Of a DNA stretch of 64,000 bases, positions 1 through 8,715 are shown piece by piece. This DNA is from a virus, in the IMG/VR virus record IMGVR_UViG_3300047476_001057, positions 32,001-96,000 of that record; one strand, 5' to 3'. Position 1 is the first letter of the stretch. Each line of letters starts with the position of its first letter. The translations under genes and the position numbers were made by a program. Below the pieces are notes generated by a model. It did no database searches and was not told where the DNA came from. It saw only the letters and a list, made by a program, of their open reading frames with translations.

Positions 1-1464
1 AAAGACACGTTAATTTTTGGTGAACATATTGACTGGATATGGATAAATGAAACATGGGGTGGTGTAAAGATTGGTCCCAATAGACCTGCTTTTTGGGGAC
101 AAAATAACCCTGGTGGTATTAATCCAATCTATCTTGGTTTGAATGGAGGAAAACCAGGATCTATTCCATTCCAGTTTAAAGGAGATGCAACGCTTTATGG
201 CTGTAAACTTCCTGTGGAAGGTGCTGTATTTGGTGACAGGAACACCCGCAGTATTTCACTGGTAGATCTGATGAAGCCATTCCAGATAGGCTATAACATA
301 GTTAATAACCAGATTGCTGACATTCTCGTAGACGAGCTTGGCACAGTGATACTTTTGGACCAGAACGCTTTACCACGTCACTCTATGGGAGAAGACTGGG
401 GTAAAAATAATCTGGCCAATGCCTATGTGGCTATGAAGAACTTCCAGATGTTACCGCTGGATACTACCATTACTAATACAGAGAACGCATTAAGTTTTCA
501 GCATTATCAAGTACTTAATCTGGAGCAGACACAGCGTTTGCTTTCACGTATACAGCTTGCTACTTATTTTAAGAACCAGGCTTTTGAAGTCATTGGTTTG
601 AACCCACAACGAATGGGTCAGCAAATGGGTGTACAAGACAGTGCAAAAGGTCTTGAAATGGTGCAGTCTGCATCTTATGCTCAGACAGAGCATTTGTTTA
701 TACAGCACTCAGATTATTTAATGCCACGTGTACATCAGATGCGTACAGACCTGGCTCAATACTATAACTCTCGCAAGCCTTCATTAAGGCTTCAATACAT
801 AACATCTGCAGACGAGAAAGTAAACTTTCAGATTAATGGTACAGATCTGCTTATGCGTGATCTAAATATTTTCTGTACTACTAAGGTTAACTCACGCTCT
901 ATAATGGAGCAGATGAAACAGTTGGCTTTAAGTAATAACACAACTGGTGCTTCTATTTATGATCTTGGAAATATTATTAAGGCTGATTCTATAGCAGAGA
1001 TATCACATGTGCTAAAAGCTGCTGAAGAAAAAACCAGAGCTCAAAAAGAAGCCGAGTTCCAGCAACAACAACAACTCCAGCAGGAACAGCTTGCTTCTAT
1101 GGAAAGACAGAAACAAATGGATCTGCAATTTAGGGCAGAAGAAGCTGAGAAGGATCGTCAAAAAGATGTTACTGTGGCTGAGATCAGGGCTGCTGGTTAT
1201 GGTTCTACTATGGATATCAACCAAAACCAAGAATCTGACTATATGGATGCTTTGAAAGATATTCGTCAGACCGAGCAGTACCAGCAGACTATGAACTTTA
1301 AACGTGAGCAGGAAGTCAACAAGACTAGCATGAATCAGCAGAAACTAACGCTGGATCGTGAAAAACTACAGGCTCAAAAGGAAATAGCTGATAAGCAACT
1401 TGAGATAGCACGTGAGAATAAAAACAAGTATGACGTGCAGAAATCTAATAAGAAAACAAAATAA
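1..1464 (+). CDS. Portal protein, C-terminal part (5' end upstream of window)
   Basis: Frame 1 is open from base 1 (KDTLIFGEHIDWIWINETWGGVKIGP...), so the track start at 139 is not the real start. The WIWINExWGGVKIG segment, the Q/E-rich coiled-coil C-terminus and the position before scaffold and MCP fit crAss-like portals. Confidence 0.8.
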   Translation, partial: KDTLIFGEHIDWIWINETWGGVKIGPNRPAFWGQNNPGGINPIYLGLNGGKPGSIPFQFKGDATLYGCKLPVEGAVFGDRNTRSISLVDLMKPFQIGYNIVNNQIADILVDELGTVILLDQNALPRHSMGEDWGKNNLANAYVAMKNFQMLPLDTTITNTENALSFQHYQVLNLEQTQRLLSRIQLATYFKNQAFEVIGLNPQRMGQQMGVQDSAKGLEMVQSASYAQTEHLFIQHSDYLMPRVHQMRTDLAQYYNSRKPSLRLQYITSADEKVNFQINGTDLLMRDLNIFCTTKVNSRSIMEQMKQLALSNNTTGASIYDLGNIIKADSIAEISHVLKAAEEKTRAQKEAEFQQQQQLQQEQLASMERQKQMDLQFRAEEAEKDRQKDVTVAEIRAAGYGSTMDINQNQESDYMDALKDIRQTEQYQQTMNFKREQEVNKTSMNQQKLTLDREKLQAQKEIADKQLEIARENKNKYDVQKSNKKTK

Positions 1465-1543
1465 GTCTTTTTAGTTATAGCTCTATTATACGGTCCTTAG
1501 CTCCTAAAGCTCTACAAAACATAAATTCGTAAGGTTTAAAGTT

Positions 1544-1560
1544 GTATATTTTAAATGTAG
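1544..1560 (+). promoter_or_regulatory. Putative phage promoter motif, copy 1 (GTATATTTTAAATGTAG)
   Basis: One of five similar intergenic motifs, each ahead of a gene block. Confidence 0.5.
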
Positions 1561-1589
1561 AGATATACAACAAAAACCAAACGTAATCT

Positions 1590-2864
1590 ATGGAAAACCA
1601 AACAAATGTACAAACATCTGTACAACAAGTAGATCTTGATATAGACAGCTGGTTAGGAGCACCTGGAGCTGACAGTATTGTTACTCCTGCAACACCACCT
1701 GCAGGATCAGATTCTAAGCCAAATATTTTTTCTGCAAAAGGTACCGATCTCAGTTTTTTGGACAAGGACGAAGAGGATGCTGATGATAAAGATGATGAAA
1801 ATCCAGATGCTGCTTCTAAAGGTCAGGTTTCCCGTGAAACAGTAGATGAGATTGTTAATGACCTGGATGACGAAGATCAGAATGATGCTGAGAGAAAATC
1901 CAAAGGTGGACGTCCCAAAACTGAGAAGTCTGGTCTTGTGGAGTTTTTGAAAAAACGTATAGAGTCAAAGGAAATGTTTGCCTTTGATGACTTTGATGAA
2001 AGTAAACAATCTCTGGATGATTACTTAGGTAGTCTTGCAGAAAAAGATATAGAAGAACTGTGGCAGGCTAATATGGATAACCTCAAAAATGAGGTGGCTG
2101 CCAAGACTCCACAGGAGTTTTTTGAATCTCTTCCGGATGAACTTCAATATGCTGCTAAATATGTAGCTGATGGAGGACAAGACCTAAAAGGACTGTTTAA
2201 AGCTCTTGCTCAAGTGGAGGAAGTTAGAGAGCTAGATCCTACCAAAGACAATGACCAGGAGTTTATTATCCGTCAGTATTTGCAGGCTACACAGTTTGGA
2301 ACTGCCGAAGAGATTGAAGAAGAGTTAACCACTTGGAAAGATCTTGGTGTTCTTGAAAAGAAAGCTAAGCAGTTTAAGCCAAAGTTGGACCAGATGCAAG
2401 AGGAAATTGTGCAGGCCCAACTGGTAGAACAAGAAGCTCGCCAGGCTCAGCAGCAGGAAGCAGCACAGGCTTACATGAATAATGTATTTGAAGCTCTTCG
2501 TCCTGCAGAAATCAACGGGTTAAAACTTGATAAAAAAACCCAGGCTCAACTATACTCTGGTCTTACTCAACCTCAGTATCCATCTATTAGTGGTCGTCCT
2601 ACAAACCTGTTAGGGCATCTTTTAGAGAAGTATCAATTTGTTGAGCCTAACTACCCACTGATTGCAGAAGCTCTTTGGCTTTTGTCTGATCCTGAGAATT
2701 ACAGATCACAATTGGTAAAAACTGGTAAGAATGAAGCTGTTGCTCAAACAGTAAGACAGTTAAAAACAGAACAGTCTAGAAAAAATACCAGCTCACCTGT
2801 TGAAGATAACGATGATCCAAGGCCACGCAAACTTACAAGGCCGGCTAACATATTCAAACGATAA
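1590..2864 (+). CDS. Putative capsid scaffolding/assembly protein (conserved gene between portal and MCP)
   Basis: 424 aa; very acidic, disorder-like N-terminus, helical Q/E-rich middle, short basic C-terminus (RKLTRPANIFKR). Function inferred from position. Confidence 0.6.
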   Translation: MENQTNVQTSVQQVDLDIDSWLGAPGADSIVTPATPPAGSDSKPNIFSAKGTDLSFLDKDEEDADDKDDENPDAASKGQVSRETVDEIVNDLDDEDQNDAERKSKGGRPKTEKSGLVEFLKKRIESKEMFAFDDFDESKQSLDDYLGSLAEKDIEELWQANMDNLKNEVAAKTPQEFFESLPDELQYAAKYVADGGQDLKGLFKALAQVEEVRELDPTKDNDQEFIIRQYLQATQFGTAEEIEEELTTWKDLGVLEKKAKQFKPKLDQMQEEIVQAQLVEQEARQAQQQEAAQAYMNNVFEALRPAEINGLKLDKKTQAQLYSGLTQPQYPSISGRPTNLLGHLLEKYQFVEPNYPLIAEALWLLSDPENYRSQLVKTGKNEAVAQTVRQLKTEQSRKNTSSPVEDNDDPRPRKLTRPANIFKR

Positions 2865-2901
2865 GCTATTTATTTTATTAACCCCTTAAATCCGATGCCC
2901 T

Positions 2902-4521
2902 ATGGCAACCCCAGTTCTTAACAATGGTATCTTTCTACGGGATACAAGCTACCAAACTAGCTCGCACGTAGATTCTTACCACCTTTCTAACCTGCTTAAA
3001 TCAGCAGAGCCAACTGACCTCGGTCCAGTTGACCTGTGGGCTATGGCACAAAAGGTAGAAATGCCTTTGTACCAGATGTCTTCTTTTGGCGGAAAGAACG
3101 TAATCTCTGTAGATAACGCACGTGGTGAGTACAAATGGCAAGTGCCTGTTGCACAAGATCTTCCTTATATCGTTGAAGACATTGAGTCTGCTAACGCTAC
3201 TAAAGGTATTGACGGTCAGTCTTTCAAGATCAAGATCAACAAGCGTTCTTTTGGTCATGGTGATATCGTCACTTATGACAAGTACAATGGTGTTGAAATG
3301 TACATCACTGCTGATGACATCATCCCTGCTGGCGATGGTTTCATTTACACAGTTCAGTTGGTGAACAATGACAACGCTAAGTATTTAGACAACAAATACC
3401 TCAAAGTTGGAACTAAAGTATTCCGTAAGGGTTCTGCCCGTGGTGAATACGGTGAAAGGTTCTCTGACTTGGGTAATGTATCAGCTGGTTTCCGTGAATT
3501 CTACAACTACGTTGGTGGTGCAGAAGCTCACGTACACTACAGCATCTCTTCTCGTGCAGACTTGATGTTGAAAGGTGGAATGAAAGCTGACGGAACTGTT
3601 CCTGTTATTGAGATGTGGAGAAACTTCGACAAGAGTGTTGATCCTTCTATTTCTAGCTTGGAAGACATGGCTTCTAAGATGGGTAAAGACTATGTAAAGA
3701 AAGCTTACCAATCTGGCCAGTTGTCTAGAACTTTCTTGACTACTTTGGAAGCAGCTCATTTGACTAAGATTGCTAACGACATCGAGACTTACCTTATGTG
3801 GGGTCAAGGTGGTAAAGTTAAGCAAGACGGTCCAGATGACATCAGACTTTCTGTTGGTCTTTGGAAGCAGCTTGACAACTCTTACAAGCGTATTTACAAC
3901 AAAGGTTCTTTCAACCTTGAGCTTTTCAAATCTGAGATCTTCAACTTCTTCAACGGTAAGGTTGAGTTCCAGGGTCCAGATCCTAAGCGTCAGTTGATTG
4001 TTCAAACCGGTATGGGTGGTATGAAGCTTGTTAACGAGGCAATTAAGAAGGAAGCTATCAACAGCGGACTTGTTATCAATGCTTCTGAGATCGGAGCTAT
4101 CACCGGTAAAGGTATGGATCTCAACTTTGGTTTTGCATACACTCAGTACGTTATTCCTTTCTTGGCTAACGTTAAGTTTGTATTGAACCCAGCGTTTGAT
4201 AACGTACACACTAATGACATTGAGAACCCAATCATTGACGGTTTCCCATTGTCTTCTTACAACTTCATCATTTTTGATATCACAGATAACACTAACGACA
4301 ACATCTTCATGTTGAAGCTTAGCTGGGATAATCAATTGAAATGGTTCTATCAGAACGGTACCATGGATTACATGGGACGTACTCAAGGATTCCAGAGCTC
4401 TGGTAACTTCAACGGTTACAGAGTGTTCATGACTCAAACAATGCCTGCTATCTGGGTGAAAGACCCAACCAAGGTGTTGAAGATCGTTATGAGGAACCCA
4501 ATCACTGGTGGATCATTCTAA
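2902..4521 (+). CDS. Major capsid protein, crAss-like
   Basis: 539 aa; segments such as GEYKWQ, ETYLMWGQGG, SVGLWKQLD, VQTGMGGMKL, VKFVLNPAFD and IWVKDPTKVLKI match my recall of crAss-like MCPs. Codon usage is strongly biased, as in highly expressed genes. Confidence 0.92.
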   Translation: MATPVLNNGIFLRDTSYQTSSHVDSYHLSNLLKSAEPTDLGPVDLWAMAQKVEMPLYQMSSFGGKNVISVDNARGEYKWQVPVAQDLPYIVEDIESANATKGIDGQSFKIKINKRSFGHGDIVTYDKYNGVEMYITADDIIPAGDGFIYTVQLVNNDNAKYLDNKYLKVGTKVFRKGSARGEYGERFSDLGNVSAGFREFYNYVGGAEAHVHYSISSRADLMLKGGMKADGTVPVIEMWRNFDKSVDPSISSLEDMASKMGKDYVKKAYQSGQLSRTFLTTLEAAHLTKIANDIETYLMWGQGGKVKQDGPDDIRLSVGLWKQLDNSYKRIYNKGSFNLELFKSEIFNFFNGKVEFQGPDPKRQLIVQTGMGGMKLVNEAIKKEAINSGLVINASEIGAITGKGMDLNFGFAYTQYVIPFLANVKFVLNPAFDNVHTNDIENPIIDGFPLSSYNFIIFDITDNTNDNIFMLKLSWDNQLKWFYQNGTMDYMGRTQGFQSSGNFNGYRVFMTQTMPAIWVKDPTKVLKIVMRNPITGGSF

Positions 4522-4534
4522 GATAATAGTCTAA

Positions 4535-4562
4535 ATCCGGGGGAGCCGTAACTCCTCCGGAT
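4535..4562 (+). terminator. Strong hairpin 3' of MCP (terminator or mRNA-stabilising stem)
   Basis: ATCCGGGGGAG-CCGTAA-CTCCTCCGGAT, 11-bp stem with one G-U pair. No clear U-tract follows. Confidence 0.45.
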
Positions 4563-4590
4563 GCGGACTTTCACTTAAAACCCCAAAACT

Positions 4591-4776
4591 ATGCAAGCAA
4601 TTATTGCTAAGCTCCTCGGAGCTAACCCTAAGACATCTATTCTCGGACTTTTGATTGCAGCCCTTGGTATCGTTCACGAAGCTTTGAAAGCTGGTGAAAC
4701 TGATTTCATGAATATTGCTATTGCAGTATTGATGGGTGTGCTTGGTCTTAAAGCTTCTGACGGAGCTAACAAGTAA
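4591..4776 (+). CDS. Small two-TM membrane protein (holin-like)
   Basis: 61 aa; two hydrophobic stretches (SILGLLIAALGIV, IAIAVLMGVLGL). AAAACTATG start context matches the other genes. Confidence 0.6.
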   Translation: MQAIIAKLLGANPKTSILGLLIAALGIVHEALKAGETDFMNIAIAVLMGVLGLKASDGANK

Positions 4777-4788
4777 AAAAGTAACAGT

Positions 4789-5002
4789 ACTCAGAAAGGA
4801 TAGCGGCCACCAGCTTAGCTGGCTAAAACACCCTCACTAGTCTGAGTCATTTTACCCCTCCTGGGATAGTATCCCCGGACCGTACCCCGCTTGGATCTCA
4901 GTATCCTGGCTCTAACCTGTTGTACGCAAACCGTGATGATCACACGGAGAGCTTGCAACTCTCAACAGGTTCAACATGAGGTCGCAGATTGCGGCCACTA
5001 GT
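4789..5002 (+). ncRNA. Candidate structured non-coding RNA or cis-element
   Basis: Intergenic and more GC-rich than its flanks. Stems: ACTCAGA/TCTGAGT, TAGC..CAGC/GCTGGCTA, GGGAT/ATCCC, GGAT/ATCC, plus a three-way junction at 4914-4971. I recognise no known family. Confidence 0.45.
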
Positions 5003-5024
5003 TCAAAAACCAAAAAACCAAACT

Positions 5025-6038
5025 ATGAGTGTAACTATTGTAGAGAAGTATCCACAGAACAAACGTTCCAGCATTGCTATCAGACCTTTCTTTGATCCAA
5101 TGGTGGACAATATGGGACTTCAGAAGTATGGCTTATCTCTTTTTGATGGAGCCTTTCATGAAGAACCCATCACTTGTTTAGAGATTAATGGTATTAAAAG
5201 ATACGTTACCGGCCTTAATGAGTTTGCTCCTGAAGTAAAGGATCTTCCTTTAGAAGAACAGGAAGCAAAGATTAAACAGATTAGAGCTGTAGTAGCAGAA
5301 CTTGAAAAACAACTTGCTGCCAATGTGATTGATCCTAATGATGATCAGTTTTGGAACAAGGTGAAGCTTTTAAAACCAAACAATGATGAGTTCTGGGACA
5401 AGATAAAAATCCGTTGTGGTAACGAACCGGTATATCTAGAGCCTGAAAAAGACCCTTATGATCTCATCAGACTTTATGCAATAGACGCAGGTGGGTTTTC
5501 TATCGTAGCTAAATCTTTAGAAGAAGCACGCAGAATGCCAGTACCTCCTAAATTTTATCTGGACAAACTAGAAGAAACAGCTTCTATCCAGACAGAGGTG
5601 AAGAAACTTCGTAACAAAGCTTTGGCTGAATTACAGAAGTTGTTTGACAAAAATCAGAACAAGCTTCTTTATGTAGCTAAGGTTCTTGATCCAAACAGTG
5701 CTCAGTACAAGAAGTCAACTCCTAATGATGTAATCTATGATAACATGGATAAGTACATCAACGGTGAGCTGGTAGATAAAGACAAGCGTAAGACAGGACA
5801 AAGATTCCTGGATGCAGCTAACCTGGATATGGAAACCTTGAAGATCCGTGCTATTGTAAAAGATAGTGGCTACTTTAAGTTTATAGCTCCAAAAGCAGAT
5901 GGATTTATCTATCATATGAAGACTGGTACCATGATGGGAAGAACACCTTCTGATGCTGCAGAGTTTTTAAAGAACCCTATGAACGAAGAGATCCTGATAG
6001 ATCTTACCAAAGCAGTAGAAAAATACTGGAACCAGTAA
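5025..6038 (+). CDS. Conserved crAss-like protein downstream of MCP, function unknown
   Basis: ATG at 5025 (AAACTATG context) is more likely than the TTG at 4989. Helical, K/E-rich; syntenic with the crAss capsid module. Confidence 0.6.
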   Translation: MSVTIVEKYPQNKRSSIAIRPFFDPMVDNMGLQKYGLSLFDGAFHEEPITCLEINGIKRYVTGLNEFAPEVKDLPLEEQEAKIKQIRAVVAELEKQLAANVIDPNDDQFWNKVKLLKPNNDEFWDKIKIRCGNEPVYLEPEKDPYDLIRLYAIDAGGFSIVAKSLEEARRMPVPPKFYLDKLEETASIQTEVKKLRNKALAELQKLFDKNQNKLLYVAKVLDPNSAQYKKSTPNDVIYDNMDKYINGELVDKDKRKTGQRFLDAANLDMETLKIRAIVKDSGYFKFIAPKADGFIYHMKTGTMMGRTPSDAAEFLKNPMNEEILIDLTKAVEKYWNQ

Positions 6039-6044
6039 TAAGAT

Positions 6045-6743
6045 ATGACAAACGCTCTCATACAGATTAAGATTAAGCAAAGATTGAATAAGCTGGCATC
6101 ACTGGATTATGATAATCTGGAGTGCTGGCAGATTCAGGAAGCTTTCAATAAAGCTCAGCTAGAATGGGTGCGTAGGATGATCTACGGCATGAACATTCGT
6201 AGAGAAAGTTCAGAGCAAACCACAGGTCTTATAGATGATCTACGCGTTCTTTTAACCAGTAGTAGTCTTGTTTCTGTTGATAAAGGAATCTTCTATGAAG
6301 GTCAATTGCCTGCAGACTATCTCTACTACGTAAGAGTAGACACTATGGCTAAATCTGAATGCTGCCCTGAAAGAAGGATGGTGGTGTATGAAGTGGAAGA
6401 AGCCAACATGGGAATCTTACTTATTTCTGATACAAAGGGACCCAGCTTTGAATGGGCTGAAACACTAAGCACTCTGGTAGGAGATAAAGTGAGGGTGTAT
6501 ACAAATGATGAGTTTGACATAACCTCTATGACACTTGTATACTACCGCAGACCAAGAGACGTAAAGTTTAATGGTTGCGTGGATCCTTCTACCGGTCAGT
6601 CAATAATTGCAGATGTTATCTGTGAATTTAAAGATGATATAGCCGAGATCCTTGTAGACGAAGCAGCAGCTATTTTGGCAGGAGATATAGAAAGTATGAA
6701 TCAGTATCAGAGAGAAACTCAAAATGCACAAAGAAATAGCTAA
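6045..6743 (+). CDS. Putative head-tail connector / ring protein
   Basis: 232 aa; helical termini (EAFNKAQLEWV; EILVDEAAAILAGDIE) around a beta-rich core with YYRRPRDV. Resembles crAss ring proteins; position fits. Confidence 0.5.
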   Translation: MTNALIQIKIKQRLNKLASLDYDNLECWQIQEAFNKAQLEWVRRMIYGMNIRRESSEQTTGLIDDLRVLLTSSSLVSVDKGIFYEGQLPADYLYYVRVDTMAKSECCPERRMVVYEVEEANMGILLISDTKGPSFEWAETLSTLVGDKVRVYTNDEFDITSMTLVYYRRPRDVKFNGCVDPSTGQSIIADVICEFKDDIAEILVDEAAAILAGDIESMNQYQRETQNAQRNS

Positions 6744-7159
6744 TGGCACTAACTAAGATACCTAGACCAGCTCCTATGGGCCCATGTACAGAGACAGCAG
6801 CTATGATTGCTCATGCTCAGGCACTGACTGTAAGCATACATCAGTTGCACCTGAAGATTTCAGGACCTGGATCATATGCAGCTCATAAAGCTCTTGGTAA
6901 TTTCTACGAAGATTTACCCGGACTGATTGACTCAGTAGCAGAACAATACCAAGGAGCCAGGGAAAAGATCCTGGATATTCCAGCGGTAGCAGCTTACAAG
7001 TGTGGATCTGTACAAGAAGCTCTTTCTCACATGAAAGAACTATATAACGAGATCCAGGAGTTGCAGAAGATCATGCCTTTCTCAGAGATTGTAAACCAGT
7101 TGGATGAGATGAAAAGCCTTATAGCTTCTACCAAGTACAAACTAATGTTCTTACAATAA
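6743..7159 (+). CDS. Dps/ferritin-like four-helix protein
   Basis: HQLHLKISGPGSYAAHKALGNFYEDLPGLIDSVAEQY aligns with the Dps pattern H-x2-H..G..H..Y..D-x2-AE. Start overlaps the previous stop (TAATG). Confidence 0.65.
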   Translation: MALTKIPRPAPMGPCTETAAMIAHAQALTVSIHQLHLKISGPGSYAAHKALGNFYEDLPGLIDSVAEQYQGAREKILDIPAVAAYKCGSVQEALSHMKELYNEIQELQKIMPFSEIVNQLDEMKSLIASTKYKLMFLQ

Positions 7160-7197
7160 CTTATTTTTTTATTTATAACCCCTAAATCTAAAGCCCT

Positions 7198-8580
7198 ATG
7201 TATTTTCCTCATGCCTTTAGAAAGAGCTATATTCCTGCCGTATCAGGCGGATCTCTTTCGCTCGCATCAAGTGGCTCTACCGCTGCCCTCACTGCAGGTC
7301 AGTTGGGTGTGTTCAATGCTCAGTCTTTTGCAGCATTGACCTCTGGAGCAGCCACTCCGTTTATCATTGCTCAAGGTTCTTACTTTGCTGCTGACAAAAT
7401 TGGTCCCGTACACGGTGGTTACCAAGAGTCAATCAAGTCTAAAGTGATCAACCCTAAGTACATCAGCCGTGTTATCAAGGTTGCTGGTAAGTCAGCTCAG
7501 AACCAAGTTGTATCTGTATCTGCAGCTGTAGGATGTGACATCGTATGTGACAAGACCTACAGACTCCGTTTGGATATTAAAGGTTCTCCTGCTCTCCGTT
7601 TCTTGAGCCACAACTTGTATCGTACTTTGGATGCTTACACTGGATGTTGTGCAGTTGATGGTCAGGTTAACTTGGTTGACCCGGCTTCTGTACTTCTTTC
7701 TTGGAAAGACCAGATTAACGACTGGCCTTTGATGAAAGATTTTGTTCAGGCTAAAGTGTTCAAGATGTCTACAGCTTCTGTAGCTATCAACCCAACTGCT
7801 GCTTCTGCAACTATCGTTGTAGCAAACGCTGACGCTGCTAGCTTCCAGGTAGGTGAGAAGGTTGTTCATGCTTCTTTGGCTGGCAACTCTATCGTTGTAT
7901 CTGTTGGTGCTGCTGATTCAGCTGGTGCTGGTAATGCTAACATCGTATTGAGTAAAGCTGCTATTGCTTCTACAGACGGTAACGCTAAGATCTACTCTGA
8001 GATTAGCTCTGCTTCTTACGTAGCTGCTACTGGTGCTGCAATTGACTCAGTTGATGCTCATCTTGACATTGCTGTATCTTATGTAGATACTAAGTTTGGT
8101 GCTGCTACTTTCACTCCAACTGACTTCTACGAATTGGAGCCACTTTTTGTGTATCCTTCATTTGTAGATGAGAGCGGTGAGCCTTGTGAAGTTAAATGCT
8201 TCTCTAGTGCAGAAATCCAAGCTCCTCGTCAGGCTTCTGGTCTTGGTGAAACTGTACTTCGTGACCTTATCCTTTCTAGCCGTTATGCTCAGAATGCTTA
8301 CCCTGACAGCGGACGTGTTGAGTCTTTCCGTATGAGAGAGATTGAAACTGATCCAAAGATCCAGGAACTTTCTAGCGTAGCTAACAGGAACAGCTTGTTC
8401 GATCAGGTAATGATCCTTCACTCTGTACCTCGTTTCAACAACCCTACCGGTACATTTGACAATGACCAGTATTTGTTGGTGGTGCATGTTCCTGCTGGAA
8501 CTAACGTATCTGCTCTGACTGACTTCGTAGTCAACTCAGCGGTAGCTGCTGGTAACGCAGTATCTTTGGAAAGCTTCTAA
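7198..8580 (+). CDS. Putative auxiliary capsid / abundant structural protein
   Basis: 460 aa; codon bias and leader like the MCP gene. C-terminal ILHSVPRFNNPTGTFDNDQYLL and position resemble the conserved crAss capsid-module structural gene. Confidence 0.55.
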   Translation: MYFPHAFRKSYIPAVSGGSLSLASSGSTAALTAGQLGVFNAQSFAALTSGAATPFIIAQGSYFAADKIGPVHGGYQESIKSKVINPKYISRVIKVAGKSAQNQVVSVSAAVGCDIVCDKTYRLRLDIKGSPALRFLSHNLYRTLDAYTGCCAVDGQVNLVDPASVLLSWKDQINDWPLMKDFVQAKVFKMSTASVAINPTAASATIVVANADAASFQVGEKVVHASLAGNSIVVSVGAADSAGAGNANIVLSKAAIASTDGNAKIYSEISSASYVAATGAAIDSVDAHLDIAVSYVDTKFGAATFTPTDFYELEPLFVYPSFVDESGEPCEVKCFSSAEIQAPRQASGLGETVLRDLILSSRYAQNAYPDSGRVESFRMREIETDPKIQELSSVANRNSLFDQVMILHSVPRFNNPTGTFDNDQYLLVVHVPAGTNVSALTDFVVNSAVAAGNAVSLESF

Positions 8581-8606
8581 GCTCTACAAAATATCCACAG
8601 AAAAAC

Positions 8607-8636
8607 GGGAGGGTGTATGCCCTCCTTTTTTCTTTT
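8607..8636 (+). terminator. Intrinsic terminator
   Basis: GGGAGGGT-GTAT-GCCCTCC followed by TTTTTTCTTTT. Confidence 0.85.
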
Positions 8637-8656
8637 GGACAGGTCCGCAAGATTTT

Positions 8657-8672
8657 GTATATTATTATTGAG
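8657..8672 (+). promoter_or_regulatory. Putative phage promoter motif, copy 2 (GTATATTATTATTGAG)
   Basis: Directly after the terminator and before the next gene block. Confidence 0.5.
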
Positions 8673-8715
8673 AACCTCTACATATTTCTATATAAATCTA
8701 TAAAGTTTACAACTC

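Noticed and set aside
139-141. Track start of the portal gene
   Set aside because: The frame is open from base 1 and the upstream translation is portal-like.
1475-1765. 96-aa minus-strand ORF
   Set aside because: Overlaps the scaffold gene and a promoter gap; composition mirrors the + strand gene.
3481-4437. 318-aa minus-strand ORF
   Set aside because: Lies exactly antisense to the MCP; the strong codon bias of MCP removes antisense stops. No recognisable motifs.
4789-5002. Assignment to a known riboswitch, ribozyme or tRNA (c-di-GMP-I, hammerhead, HDV/theta)
   Set aside because: ACGCAAA recalls c-di-GMP-I, but the GNRA tetraloop/receptor layout is missing. No hammerhead CUGAUGA/GAAA core, no HDV nested pseudoknot and no cloverleaf found by eye.
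4989-5024. TTG start extension of the 5025 gene
   Set aside because: Overlaps the structured element; ATG 5025 has the typical AAACTATG context.
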